From Oopsacas minuta (lineage: Eukaryota > Animalia > Porifera), in assembly GCA_024704765.1 (NCBI GenBank), contig JAKMXF010000166.1, positions 584,743-648,742 of the forward strand: 64,000 nucleotides of DNA, given 5' to 3'. The notes beneath the pieces were generated by a model, which saw only the letters and a program-made list of their open reading frames with translations, did no database searches and was not told where the DNA came from. Made by a program: the position numbers and the translations under genes. Of the stretch, positions 24,260 through 37,395 are shown one piece after another (positions within the stretch are counted from its first letter, which is position 1; every line of letters starts with the position of its first letter).

Positions 24260-24481
24260 TAAATATTCGTGTGAATACTTACATAATTATGTGAAATTAT
24301 TCAGAGCCTATAAGCTCACTTATAATTCATTAGAATTTGTATTATTTTAGATTAATACATTCATTTTCCAAGTTTTTAATGTTCGTTTGTTGTACACGAT
24401 TTGAAAGTGAGGTTTATCATATTCTTGGCAACGAAATAGGAGATAGGAATGTTAATGAATAGCCAGTCAACTCTCATTATA

Positions 24482-24998
24482 TAGTGAAACCTCTGGAATC
24501 GGAGCATGCGGGATCCTGGGAAAATTTCTGACGCCCCGATTCTGGATTTCAGTGTGGTATTGTGTCAAAATCACCATTTCCCGTATATAAGTAGTTTATA
24601 TTATGTCATACTATTGTTTCGTATTGCTAGTCACACTGTAACGTTAAAATATTTCATTCTGCTACATATTGCTTCTCCTGAACACCTAGGCCCTCCTCGA
24701 CCTGGAGATATTCTTTCAGGATCAGGGGAAGCAGGTCGACGCTAAGTGGTGCGCAGTACACGCTGACGAGGTCAGAAAGGTGGCAGAAAAGCATAAGAAG
24801 CAGACAAAGATTAGCCAATTCTTCTCGCAATGTTAGTGTAGGCTCTGTGTAGCACATATTTGCCCTCAGAGGCGGATTGAATTGATTTCAGTATTGATGC
24901 CCCGATTGCGTAGGAGATTTTAGTATTAGTTCTATGCAAGCTGAAAGAATTAGATTTTCAGAGTTTGCCCCGATTCCCCGATTCCAGAGGTTCATTTG
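24482..24998 (+). mobile_element. pogo deletion derivative
   Basis: Inverted ends agtgaaacctctggaatcgg / ccgattccagaggttcattt. An internal frame reads EVRKVAEKHKKQTKISQFFS, like a pogo transposase C-terminus. Confidence 0.55.
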
Positions 24999-25316
24999 TA
25001 TGGGAAAATATTTTCGCCAAATTCAAGTGCCCCGATTTCAGAAGTTTCACTGTACTGCCTGAAATGGTCCAAAATCAAACAGCAATAATTAATCTCATGG
25101 CACAATCGTTTCCATTCGTTGCTCCAAGCAGATTTCCAATTAATTTCCCCCCTGGTAATGTACCATAATCCACAATTTTTGATAAAATTAGTTTTTTGCA
25201 TACTTTTATCTGTGTATTGCTAAGTTAGAAAGTAAGGCAACGGCGTTCCCCCATGTCTGTAACTGTAATTATATAATTATATTCAAATGAAACTACACTT
25301 GCTATAATAACTAATA

Positions 25317-26746
25317 TCAAAACTTAACACCGAGTTCCATCAAAAGAAATGATTCTTGGATAATTCTTTGTCGACCTTCACTAGGAAATTTAATATATCT
25401 ACTTGCAATAGATGCTAAGCCATCACACACTGCAGTGACACACCTTGATATAGATGTTTGTGAAATGCCATGAGCAGAAGCAACTACTGTCTGAAATGTA
25501 CCAGCTGCTAGGAACTGTAGTGCTACTGCCAATTGTGTTGTTGGAAGTATGGAATGGGAACGTGTTGTTGATCGGAAAAATTACTCGGTATCTCATTTTG
25601 AATTTCCATGAAAATATAGCGAGTAATTCTGTAACGAGCAATAAATTCTCCATCAGAATATTCATCTAGGGGATTTGGTCGATCTCTGAAAACTCTTTGA
25701 CGGCGCAAGCTACTAGCAATTTCAAGATCAAGAATATGAAGCACTGATGCCATTGTTGATATCACAAAATTTCTTTGTAGAATTAGATCGGACAGCAACA
25801 ACAACAGTAGTATATATAGATACGTCCATCAATGGATAATCAATATACATAAAATGAGAGCAAGGAAAATTGCAATAGTTTAATAGACAATCAAAGTTAA
25901 GTCAACTATAGACATGACAAGTTTTTTTGGTAATATTTGGGTAAGTTTAAGCAAATACTTAGTTTTGGCTTAAGTTTTGTTTAGTGAATACCAACTTAAA
26001 TCTAACTTAAGATTTGCTTGAGTTTTACTTAAGTTTAACCAAATATTTAGTTTTTGCTTAAAAGTTAAGCAAATACTTAGTTTTTGCTAAAGTTAAAGTA
26101 ATTCTAATTTGGTAAATAATTAAAATAGGAAATTTGATATTTTTTGTTATTGCACTTATACAAATACGTTTACTGAGAGAGAACTTCCAACCACATTCTT
26201 TACAGTATCATATCAACGAGACACAATAACATACACCTGCATAACTTCGTGTTTTTCTATCAAGAAATATATCCACACATCTAATTTTTGTTCTTTGTTT
26301 ACTTGTTATTAACACATTAATATTACAGCTATAAATACACAAGATTATCCCTAGCAACCAATTCATAACTCAACTATTCTACAATTATCAGAATGGCAGA
26401 ACGTTATGCAATCGCCCTTCAAGTCGTAGACCCCATAGAGACACACATCAACCACACAATAGATGGTCTCATAGAGCTACTGAATGTTCGTAGAGTTCAG
26501 CTACTGGAGCAAATCCGCAATACACCCGAGGAGAAGAGAGCCACAGAGATCGATCGACACGAATTGATCGACCAACTGAACGAGGCCCAGGCACAACTCC
26601 AAGAAACATTAACAGAAAATCCCCTCCAGTCCATGAGGGAGAGAATTGTCCAAGAAATGGAGGACAAAATGCGAGACCTACGAAACAACATTCCCGTAGA
26701 CCCGATTAAGCAAATCTTAAGTTAAGTTGTTTAGTGAATGAGGCCC
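25317..26746 (-). mobile_element. PIF/Harbinger element, 5' portion (transposase N-terminus, subterminal repeats, TIR)
   Basis: RRQRVFRDRPNPLDEY and VALQFLAAGTFQTVVASAHGISQTSISRCV are HARBI1-like. ttaagcaaat(a)cttag repeats occur at 25945-26100 and 26706-26725. The terminus gtttagtgaatgaggccc reverse-complements to a GGGCCTCATTCACTAAAC-type TIR. Confidence 0.7.
26393..26706 (+). pseudogene. Truncated N-terminal fragment of a coiled-coil (+NHL) family gene
   Basis: The helical pattern (IDGLIELLNVRRVQLLEQIR...) parallels the N-terminus of the 19818 protein (LIQQLIARRDALLGKLR). The ORF runs directly into Harbinger subterminal repeats with no NHL repeats. Confidence 0.55.
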
Positions 26747-26999
26747 CCTGATCGACATCTAGACGTTTTGACCATAATATTATTCCCAATTATTTCGACT
26801 GCCAAACGAATAACTCCATAACTGTTATTGTGTCACTTCGATTTTATGTTATCTCTTTTAATTGAGTTGTATAATATTCACCCCTAGAATCCTTATCCAT
26901 GAGGTGTTACAATCTATACTTCATTTTCAAACAATAATATAAAAGGGTTATTGTTGTAACCAATATGATTTGATTCTTACAATGGCTGATAAACGAGTT

Positions 27000-29407
27000 C
27001 GGGATTCTTCCGATATAGATGGCTATTCCTTGATTCAGGCCTACTACGCCAAGAAACCCAAGGACAACGCAACCCTCGATTTCCTGTAACGCCAGCAGGA
27101 GATCCTTTTACCTACTAGAGTAGATATTGCCACAGACGCTACTGGGCACTCTATTCAAAAGATGTGGTTCGAAGATTACCCATGGTTGCAGCTGGCCAAG
27201 AACAGGAGGTCAATCTACTGTGGTAGCTGTCATTGGGCGTTTTAGAACCACCGCCTGGGGCCTAGCGACATGGACACTTGTAGTTATTCAACTTTTCCAT
27301 GGAAGAATATGGAAGTTGGCTACGAAAACATAAAGAAAGGAAGAGATGGCATCAGGAAACACAGTGAGAGTCTTATACATCGAAATGCCGAATCTGCTCT
27401 CAACAGTGCACTAAATCTGGCAGCACAGAGTCATGGTTAACGACAATGTTAAGAAAGAAATTTCTGTCAATAGAACAGCACTACAAGCTGTTTTCGAAAG
27501 CGTAAGATTCTGTGTCAGCAAGGGATTTCCCTCCGCAGTCACTGCAAAGAAGAACATACTGCAAATTTCCACTGTTTGATGAACCTAATCGCAAAATTCG
27601 ATCTCAAAGTGTACCAGTATCTTTTTTCATCCGAAAAGTTCAAATTTATCTCCAAGGATAAACATAACCAAATTCTACAACAATGTCTCACTCGTTGTTG
27701 AGGGATCTCATAGATAGAGTAAGAAGGGAGTCAAATGGCTTGTCAAAGGAGCCGCTTTTCTCAATGATTATTGACTAGACAATTGATATAAACTGCTCAG
27801 AGCAGGTGTCTTTTTGTTTGCGCTATTGCAACAGCAAAATGGAAAGCGAAGAAGTGTTTTTAGGATTTCACAAAACCAGCCGTACCGACGCAGAGACACT
27901 TTTCAATCTCGTAAAGTCATCCTTTATGAGTTTTGGGTTGTCACTCTCGGGAGTCCATGGACAAGGCTACGATGGAGCTGCTAATATGGCAGGTAGACAT
28001 AACGGTCTCCAGGCAAAGTTTCTCGCCGAAATTTCTTGTTTTGGACACCAACTAAATTTGGTCGTACAGGTCAATCCCCGAGGTAGCTCTGGCGTTGGTG
28101 AGAATGAACGCAGTGGTCCACTTCATAAGGAGCTCTCCAAGAAGTTGGATAAATTTAAAGATATGGTGGCCCAGGTAGGAGTCGGAGAAATAGCACTCAA
28201 CAACCAACCACAATTTACTTCCCTTGTGTCTCACACGTTGGGTCATGCGTCTACCAGCAGTTGATAGTTTGTTAGAACACTGTGCATCAATACTTGAGTT
28301 TTAGAAACACTCAAAGAGGATGCTACCAAACCGACCGAGAACAGGACAACGGCCGATAGTTTTTTGCAGAACCTTGAAACATTCATGATGTATTTTCCCT
28401 CCGCGTGGTTCAGAAACTTCTGTAGATTGTGCACCCAATCCACATAATGTGCCAGGGACGGAGAGTAACAACTGGGGGACGTGAGGCAATGGGTCAACAC
28501 ACTACTTTATTGCTGTCCGCAGAGGCTAACTTTATCAACGCGAACGTCTTGTACGATGCCATGAAAGAGGTTACCCTAGAAACTTTGCAATTAGATATGC
28601 CAGCTCTGCCAAGGGCGAAACTTACAAGAGGCTGTGTTCATACAGCCGCAATAACAGGATCAAACTAAAGCATTTTACGTAGACCTTTATATATCAGTGA
28701 TAGGAACAGGTTCGAGGGTCCTCACTCAGCGCTACTCAAAGCAAGACCTAGAAATAGTGGACCTGGTTCGCTGCACTCTTGAAGAGTAAAACTTGACAAA
28801 GCTGGTACGCTTTATGACGGTGACGTCCATCTTGATAATCTGCGTTTCGAGAGAAACATGTGGTCCGAAAGGAGCCGTCAGGAGAATGCCTCACCGTTAG
28901 TTGATATATTACGAAAGAAACTCGTCGATGAGGACGCACTGAAATGGATGATTCCCAATATGCACTCCTTATGTGTTACCTATGTGTGCCTGCCTGTGAG
29001 TACATGCGAAGCTGAGCGCTCGTTTAGTATGTTGCGTAGAATCCACACATATTTACGAAGCAGTCAGACTCAACAGAGGCTGAACCATAGTGCAATCTTG
29101 TCTGCCCATAGGGACATCGTTCGTACAATAGAACTTGATGCTCTCATAGAAGAATTTGTAGATAAAACAGTTCAAAGAAAGAACATTTTCGGGCCGCCTA
29201 GTCTAGTCTGAGTATACAATTTCTTCACTATTTTTGTACTACTCAATTATTGTGTTTATCATGACATGTTAATTACCAAACTCTCAACATAGTATTGCTT
29301 AATAAAAAACTAATTAATTCATATGCAGAAGCCAAAAATGCACTACTAGTTAGTGATTGGGTCGCCCCCCCAAATATTATGGATTATTGACAAAATTTCC
29401 GCCTATG
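27000..29407 (+). mobile_element. Degraded hAT (ZMYM1-like) element
   Basis: SFCLRY..EVFLGF..DAETLF, GQGYDGAANMAG, and PVSTCEAERSFSMLRRIHTYLRSS; many stops and frameshifts. The right end reads ccgcctatg; the left boundary is approximate. Confidence 0.75.
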
Positions 29408-29439
29408 GTAGTGCTCTCATTAAATTTAATTGAAAGGTT

Positions 29440-29930
29440 ATCAGACGCTCAAAGTTCATTTATTAACTGTTCTTCACAATCCATAGCTCTGCCGTCGATT
29501 CTTCTCTTTACTGTGTCCGCTGATAATGGTATTGTATCTTCTTGGCTGCTTTATCGGCTTGGAGTATGGATACCATTTCGATACAACAAAGCTTTATCAG
29601 CTCTTCCCCAATAATATGGGGTTTTTTAGCATGGCAATATTGAAACTGACATGATAGGAAACCATGGTTGCTAGTTCAAGATCTGTATTTGTCGTACTAA
29701 AAAGAATCCTTAATCGTAGGAGGGTTTGTTTGATACATAAAGTAGCCTTCACAGCTCAAAAAATTGAATCTCCAGGTTCAATGTACTTAGTGACGTTGGA
29801 GGTGGATGGTTTCATCGATCATTAGAAATTATCTCACCGCAGATTACACATTCTGGTTTAGAAACATCAACTATCGATTCGAAAAAACCAAACTTGAGAC
29901 AGAACTTTGAAGTATGCAATTGTCAGACAG
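29440..29930 (-). pseudogene. hAT (Buster-like) transposase remnant
   Basis: Hand translation of the minus strand across frameshifts gives SYHVSFNIAMLK.P...GEELIKLCCIEMV...PLSADTVKRRI, parallel to the element at 38879. Confidence 0.5.
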
Positions 29931-30434
29931 ATGTATGCATTTATCAGAAAGCGTTATGCATTTGTCAGGGTTTTCTAGCATGTTTGTCCAAATTTAAGGT
30001 AGTCAAACATCTGGATAACACCCAGGACCAGTGATGACAATAATCCGACGCAAAAACTCTTCACTAATGTAAAAATAATAAAGTACACATAATCAGCAAT
30101 TAGAATCACGATATTAACTAGCATTATAAAAATACCATTCCTAAGTAGATATCCAAAAATGTATAAATACATACGTAATTCCTTCTGGCAGCCCATGTAC
30201 TCCAATTTCGACAAAAATGTACAGCAATCTACTCTTAAGTGGGCTTTCCAAAACTTTCGTTGTGTATACAAATTTCCTCTTTCTTGCTAAAGATAATTTA
30301 GTTCTTGCGATTATTAGATGGCATAAATAGCATTCAAAGAAAAATTTTAAGTGAAATGAATACAATTAAATAGGGTAATAGCTGCACAAAAACAATGGCG
30401 GATGGCGGAATATGTCAATAGTAATATAGTACAA

Positions 30435-30939
30435 ACGAGCTTTTGGCTCGTCGCTTCGCGATGAACTCGGCGCACTGCGCCTCGAGGTATTCATTTCTCC
30501 AAAATTGGTGGCCCCTTTGGGTATTATAATAGAGCTATACTTAGAACAATGTAACCTCAATTTTGTTTACTTTATGTGACTAAAAGTAAACAAATATTCA
30601 CAATATGTTGTTTACAATACTATATTCGGATTCAGCGTACTTACTTACCCCTGGGTAGCCGTTTAGAGAAAGTCTGTACATATATTTTGAGATTTGGCTA
30701 ATTTGTTTACTTTATATCCATAAAAACAACAATAATTTTACATACTATTAATCCAAAAGTGTGAAAATCGAATTCACCATGTTCGATATATTTTGTGAAG
30801 TTTATTGAATTCTATTTACTTACTTGATAAACATGATAAATACATAGTTATGCTACAATTTCAAAATTGCATACCGTAAATCCTTTCCTTGACAACGGAC
30901 AAACAAACAAACAACAATTGGGATTTAATAGTATAGATT
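30435..30939 (-). repeat. Helitron-like non-autonomous element, near full copy
   Basis: On the minus strand: 5' A|TCTATA, (GTTT)n microsatellite, and a 3' GC-rich hairpin ending ...cgacgagccaaaagctcg|T. Confidence 0.65.
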
Positions 30940-32460
30940 AACTGGTGAATGAAAAGTGTGGTGCAATAAACGCTTTGGCGGATAAAGCGGTAGCGGATTA
31001 TCCAGTTGGCAATGTACAGTAGAGATAGACAAAAGATGGTGGCACTGTGTCCCAAATGTAAGTAATGGGTCAATCAGCGCAAGGGATCGAATCCCTGAAA
31101 TTTAAGTATCAGGGTCACCGGAGTAAAAAGGCTGGGAGCCACGGACTTATTCGATTAAAACAGACAAACAAAATCTAAACTTAGCAAAGGGGGTGCAAAC
31201 ACCTCTAGGAGAAGATATATGTTTGATATAAGCTTCGGGCCTTTGTTCTAATGATATCAAAATTGCACCAATCACCACAAGTATATACAGTAAAGTATCG
31301 TGAATACGTACGGCAAGGGGTCAAAATTAATACTCCTGATCTGGACTACGTAGAATATATTATCCAAACTAATTTACTTAAAAAAGCATTGAAGGGGACC
31401 GATAAAATGTACAGATTTGTACTCTTTATCCTGCGATACGTCTTAACCATATTCCTATTAACGAGAATCTACTGTACATATGTAGCGGGCGCGGGGTCTA
31501 TAGGAGTAAACTGAAACAGCTATTTTCAGTTAGTAATAATATATATCTGAGATTACCTAGTGAATAGCAGAGACTATTATCTGTAGACTAAATCATTATT
31601 ACTAGTGCATTCGTTTGCTAGGTTGCATCGCGACAGGGGACCTTATACTTACCACTCCGTTCCTCGGATTTAGCTTAAGTACACATTGACAAACTTGTTA
31701 GTGCTTTGGGTCGCTACGCGACGGGATATACTCAGCACTACGTGCCTCAAGTTCGGAAAATAGAGGAAATAATCTACAATATTATCCATGGTTCATGTAA
31801 AAGAATATGATGGGCTTTTGTCATCACACTAAAGGACCTACACTAGTATTTGATTAATGTCAAATTATCATAAGATGTCGAAATTAGAGAAAATCAATTA
31901 TGTACAGTCATTATTACGTAATAATTCCACTATGAGTTGACATTTGGTCAAAGTTTTTTACATTTGGCATATTGAAGGCTACCTGGGTAATTCAATTTCA
32001 TCTAACTTCTATATTCGCTGAGCAGCGACTAACAATGTGATTTTTGAAAATCCAAAAAGTGACAATGTTGTCATAGGTGTGAATTTTCGTCCAAGAATTA
32101 GCCTGACCCAAAATACCCCTGTATGCCAAAATCAGCCCTGAGGTCCTCCAGTTTTGATTTTGGCCCACAGGGGTATTTTGGGTTACTATGTTTTAAACAA
32201 CTTAGGTATTATATAGTAGTTTATTAGTCGTCATGTCTCATTAACGACTGAGTAAGATTCAATGTATTCGTATAAAATGTAAGATAATTTAATGAAGTAT
32301 TTAAATTTAATCACCTTACATTAAAGATTCTAATCCGAATTATTTAAGTTAAATCATTCACAAATAATTTAGTTTAAACAGTGAGAATGGTAAAACACGA
32401 CAAAATTTCTGTAAATATTGAAGTGAGTAGAGAAGTATTATTATTAGTTCGATGACGTCA

Positions 32461-33318
32461 TTACAACTTTGTGACCAGATACTCGTATACACTGTTCACA
32501 ATACCCCAACTAAGAATAGCCCTCCCGTAGTTGAGATGAACTCCTTTGTATAGAGATTGTATTGTCCCGCCCTTCTCCTTGTAAGTTTTGGTAAACAGCT
32601 GAACAAGGCTAGAATATTCATAGCCTATTGAAGATTGTAAGCGGTTTTTCACAACATTGACAGGGTAGAACAGAGTGCTCAGGAATGCGCCCAGTCCTGC
32701 ACCTACTGCAAAGTTATATAAAGTCGTGTAATCATGTGGCGGTGGGATATGAGTCTTCAACAAATCTTTAATACTGAAAAATAAAATGTTACTAAAGCCA
32801 TTTCTTAATACTATAAGATAATAGCCTTTATACAACTCCCTGACACCATGTTGTCGTACCAAGTTAAATCCAGTGAAAGAATTTGAGACTGAATGATTGA
32901 AACCTTTATGCTGCATTAGTGACTGTAGACGTTCGAAAGGTGTGAAAGTAGCTTCGCTCGCTCCTGAAAAAAAGGCTGCCAGCTGTCTAACACCAGTTGT
33001 TGTTTGCCACGGCCAATTATCAATAAGCCATATAGTGTAAGTGTTATAAGTACCGAACATTATCGACATACAGATACCTCTTTGCATCAAAGGAAACATA
33101 ATGCCACGGTATACAAACTTTGCTCCTTCTCCCTGTATTTGTTGTAATGAAGCACTGGTTGTTAGTCCGTAGATTTGTTGTCGGAATATGACCTTAGAGA
33201 TTGGATAAGTAACAATTGTGTTGACGATACTGGCGCAAGCCCCGCATATAAATTCCTTGGATCTTCTAGGAGGCATATTGTTGTTGCTTTGGTATCTTAG
33301 AGTATCGTATTGGCCCAT
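32461..33318 (-). CDS. SLC25A51: Mitochondrial NAD+ carrier SLC25A51/MCART1 homolog, 285 aa
   Basis: EFICG...TYPISKVIFRQQIYG, YRGIMFPLMQR, PFERLQSLMQ and YPVNVVKNRLQS carrier motifs; the RQQ and ERxQ variants are typical of SLC25A51/52. Confidence 0.88.
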   Translation of the reverse strand: MGQYDTLRYQSNNNMPPRRSKEFICGACASIVNTIVTYPISKVIFRQQIYGLTTSASLQQIQGEGAKFVYRGIMFPLMQRGICMSIMFGTYNTYTIWLIDNWPWQTTTGVRQLAAFFSGASEATFTPFERLQSLMQHKGFNHSVSNSFTGFNLVRQHGVRELYKGYYLIVLRNGFSNILFFSIKDLLKTHIPPPHDYTTLYNFAVGAGLGAFLSTLFYPVNVVKNRLQSSIGYEYSSLVQLFTKTYKEKGGTIQSLYKGVHLNYGRAILSWGIVNSVYEYLVTKL

Positions 33319-33659
33319 ATTAAAGTATGTTAGGTGTATAGAATGGCATTCGTAAATTGGGAGATATTCACGACACTCTATTCACATCTAAATAATTCCA
33401 ACAATATCAATCATAAAGGATTAGGGATAGTAATACAATGAAAGAAATTCACGAATTGAGTGATTAAATTTTGACAGGCTGAAAATTCTCTGAATTAGCT
33501 GACAGTGGCGTACCGTGAGAAAGATCCTCGGGCACACTTCCAGGGGGCTGCGTTTTGATTTACAACTTCGTTAGATCCTACTAGAATATAAATTTAATCT
33601 GTGTATCGATAATGTCCCAAGGTGCACCACTATACTAATTTACAGAAACTATTGGGTAA

Positions 33660-34540
33660 TGTCCAAAAATGCTCCATCTTTAAAACCATGCAGAACGTTA
33701 AACATTGATATTTGATTAAAATGTTGATATACGAAATGTTCTAATAATGTTTCTACACAAAATATGAAAACTTTGTCATGATAAAGTTAGTAAGTTCCTG
33801 AGTTATAGCACATCCCATGGATAGAACATGTTTTGCCAATATCTACTTATAACTCGAAAAGCATGGAAATAATCGTAAAATCAGGATAGCCATTATATAG
33901 TAATATACATCTGACAATATATTTTGACATGATATCTCTGAAGATTATTGCGAAATATTGAAAATGACTATATATGAGCATATTCACGATTACGTCACAT
34001 TGATAAGAGTTATCATATCAAAATGTATTATCAGGGTATGGGAAGTCAGATGTATACTAACTATATAATGGCTATCCTGATTTTACAATTATTTCCATGA
34101 TTATCGAGTTATAAGTGGATATTGGCAAAAACATGTGCTATCCATGGTAGCGTAACTGGGGCTACTTTGGCCCACTGGGTTTGCTTTAGCCCAAATATCA
34201 AAGTTTCAAAGAAACTAGATTAGATTCAGTATCATACTTGAAAATGACTAGCCAAATTTTTAACTAATTTTCAAATATCGGTAGACAATTTCGAATACAA
34301 ATACAATATCTATTCGATACGTAAGCAAATTTCATTATTTGGGCTAAAGCAAACCCAGTGGGCCAAAGTAGCCCCAGTTTACGGTATGTGCTATATCTCA
34401 GAAACTTGTTAACTTTATCAGGACAAAATTTTCATATTTTGTGTAGAAACGATTTTAGAACGTTTTATTATTTCAACATATTAATCAATTATCAATATTG
34501 AACGTTTTACATGGTTTTAAAGATGGAGTATTTTTTGACA
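33660..34540. mobile_element. Long foldback MITE with a nested Tc1/pogo MITE (~34150-34385)
   Basis: Arms of roughly 240 bp are mirrored (ctccatctttaaaaccatg ... catggttttaaagatggag). The nested element has ~45-bp TIRs aactggggctactttggcccactgggtttgctttagcccaaa. Confidence 0.8.
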
Positions 34541-35034
34541 ATTCGTTGAATTATCGATTATAAAATGGGGACGCTGCATTTGTCAGAATTTCGAGTTCTG
34601 ACTTTGTCAGAATAGTCTTTATCAAGTTTTGACTTTGTCAGAATGGTTTTTACTGTGCTTTGATTTGGGAGAATCAATTTTGATTTTCGGTTTACTTATT
34701 ACTTAAATGTCAATCATTACTATATGAGACAAAATACATAACTATGAAAAGAAACGTATTTGGATGTGATGTGTTGCCTGTTTAGTAGGTTAGTAGTGAA
34801 TATTTTGAACATATCCTCTATCGTAGACCGGTCTATCGGACAAGGTTTTATAGAAAAACAATCTTTCATATGATCAATATATAAGGTAGAAAAGTTGCAA
34901 AATTGTGGTAGAAAGGGCGGGATCATGACGGGATATTTCTTGAATAAGCTATCAATTTGGTCATATGACTAGTTGATCGGGGAAATGAATAAAAACTAAA
35001 TGGTGATCTAATGTTTTTCTTCTATTAGTTATAT

Positions 35035-37395
35035 CAGTGGTTCTCAACCAGGGGGATTTCCCCTCATTGGGGGGATAGAGGGGGATACATATTCGGAGGG
35101 AGCCATCTATACCTGGGGTGCGTAAATAATTTAGTCAGAGGAGGCTCCTCGCTATCGCTACTTATTTTACATCTTTGTATTCAATTCCTCGCTCTTTAGA
35201 AACCCATTTGCATTATACGTCGATAAAGTTGGTAATCAGATATAATTATTGTTAATACTTTGTAAGGGTTCGAAAAGATAGCATGCATCTGACAAATATA
35301 AATTGCTTTTGTATGACAATAAATACTATGTATTCGATTGTGAATACATAATCGATGTGTGAACTCCAATAATGTGAATAATATGGCATCCTGTTGATCG
35401 ATACAATTTTCATTTTACAATCTTCATAAATATATCATAGAACTGTATCTACATTAATTCATTTTCAACCTATCATTGCAAGACTTTATTATACAATCAG
35501 AAAATTATGTCCGAACCAAATGCAAAACGCAGAATTCGACATTATGATCCCTCTTATCTGCAGTTTGGATTCATTTCTAGTCCAGACGAATTAAAACCTC
35601 TTTGCTTGACTTGTCATGTATGCTTGGCGAGTGATTCTATGAGGCCTCATTATTTAAAAGCGCATCAATTTTCAAAACATCCCACAGAGGTGGGGCAGCC
35701 AATAGAGTACTTTTCGCAGAAAAAGAAAGTTGATTTGAATCAACAGAATCATTTTCTCTCTTCACTCAGTCTACTGATTTGAAATGTTGTACTTTGGCAT
35801 CCTATGAAGTATCTTTTCTAATCGCAAAGCTTAAAAACCTCACACAAATGCAGAAAATCTAATCAAACCTTCACAGTTGGCTTGTGCCAAGCATGTTCTG
35901 GAAAGTGCGGCAGCTGAGAAACTAGACAAAATCCCGTTATCTAATGATACAGTAAAAAGGAGGATTAGTGAAATTTCACAGAATTTAGAAGATAAATTGA
36001 TTCGGCTTATAAAGGATATTCCTATCAGCAGTCAATTAGATGAGTCAACATTTGGAGCAGACTCTACTCTTATTGTCTGTATCAGTTTCATCGATAACGA
36101 TTACATAAAGGAAGAATTGCTTTTCGTTGATTATTTTGAATGTCGTTGCACTGGACAAGATATCTTCAAGATGGTAGATCCTATTTTCACTCACATCAGA
36201 TTAGTTTAAGCCAAGTTGTTAGTGTAGTACAGATGGAGCTCGAAATATGACTGGTAGAGATACTGGATTCTGGGGATGTTTTAAAAGGGAAGTCCCGCAG
36301 TGCAGTTTTATCCATTGTATGCTTCATAAACAGGCGTTAGCTACTAAAAATCTCCAGCCTGAACTTCATGAAACACTTAACCTTGTCATCAAAGTTGTGA
36401 ACTTTGTCAAATCAAGTCTTTTGAACGAACGTATACTAAGAAAACTATGTGAAGATTCGGAAGCAGAACACGACGTCCTCCTTTTCCACGCAGAAGTTCG
36501 CTGACTTAGTAGAGGAAAAGCTCTTGAACGAGTATATTCTATTTATGATCAGTTATGTGAATTTCTAGATCAGAAACATTTCTTCAAGACAAGAGTTTTC
36601 ATCGATCTATTTCAAACTGAAATTAGGTTATCTTACTGAAATCTTCTCTTACTATAACCTGAGTAATCTTAGGTTGCAGGGAGATGGGATTTTTCTTCAA
36701 GTGGCTATAGAAAATGTGACTACATTTCAAAATCAGTTGAAATTCTTTCGTTTACGCATACTGAGCAACCAATGGAACATGTTCTCACGTGTAGAAGCAA
36801 TTCTTTCTCCTTCACCACATCTTGAAGTTAAATTTACTCCCCTTGTCGAAGAACATTTGATGAATCTAGTTACTGATTTTTCCAATCGCTTTTCGGACGT
36901 TCCATCAATCCCTAAATATCTGCTAACCCCGATGGATAAGTCACTGGAAGATATGATGGACTTAGGCAATATACTAGTAGAGGAGTTGTTATATTTACAG
37001 GGAAATGAGGAGGCAAAAGCTAAATATTCTTGTGCTAACAAATCTAAGTTCTGGTTTTTAGTGAAGGGGATAGCACCAAATCTTTTCAAAAAAGCTGAAA
37101 GATTGCTTTTGCATCCATTTCCAACAATTTATTTTTGTGAGAAACGTTTTCTTCAGCAAATTTTCTTAGGTCAAAACACCGCAGGCGACTTAACTTCAGA
37201 GAAGATTTAAGGATATCAGCATCAAGTTATAGTCCAGATATTGAAATATTAGCATCTACTAAGCAATTACAAGGTTCGCATTAATTACAGTTAATTTGAA
37301 TGAAAAAAACTAAATTTCAAATTATTTGGAGAGAGGGGTACAAAAGGGAGACTAAACTTCATGGGGGGAAGGCCAGAAAAGGTTGAGAACCACTG
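35035..37395 (+). mobile_element. hAT (Buster / ZBED5-like) element, transposase degraded
   Basis: TIR cagtggttctcaacc / ggttgagaaccactg. Fragments: YDPSYLQFGF..PLCLTC, PLSNDTVKRRI, QLDEST, FHAEVR. The 8-bp flanks do not match (agttatat vs cttttgag). Confidence 0.85.

Noticed and set aside
31075-31140. tRNA or tRNA-derived SINE (ggatcgaatccc box; similar segment at ~30-85)
   Set aside because: B-box-like only; no cloverleaf or convincing A box. It is a dispersed repeat at most.
35035-37395. Missing TSD at this hAT as evidence of a rearrangement
   Set aside because: The element is heavily decayed, so flank erosion is a sufficient explanation, and no partner flank was found in the window.
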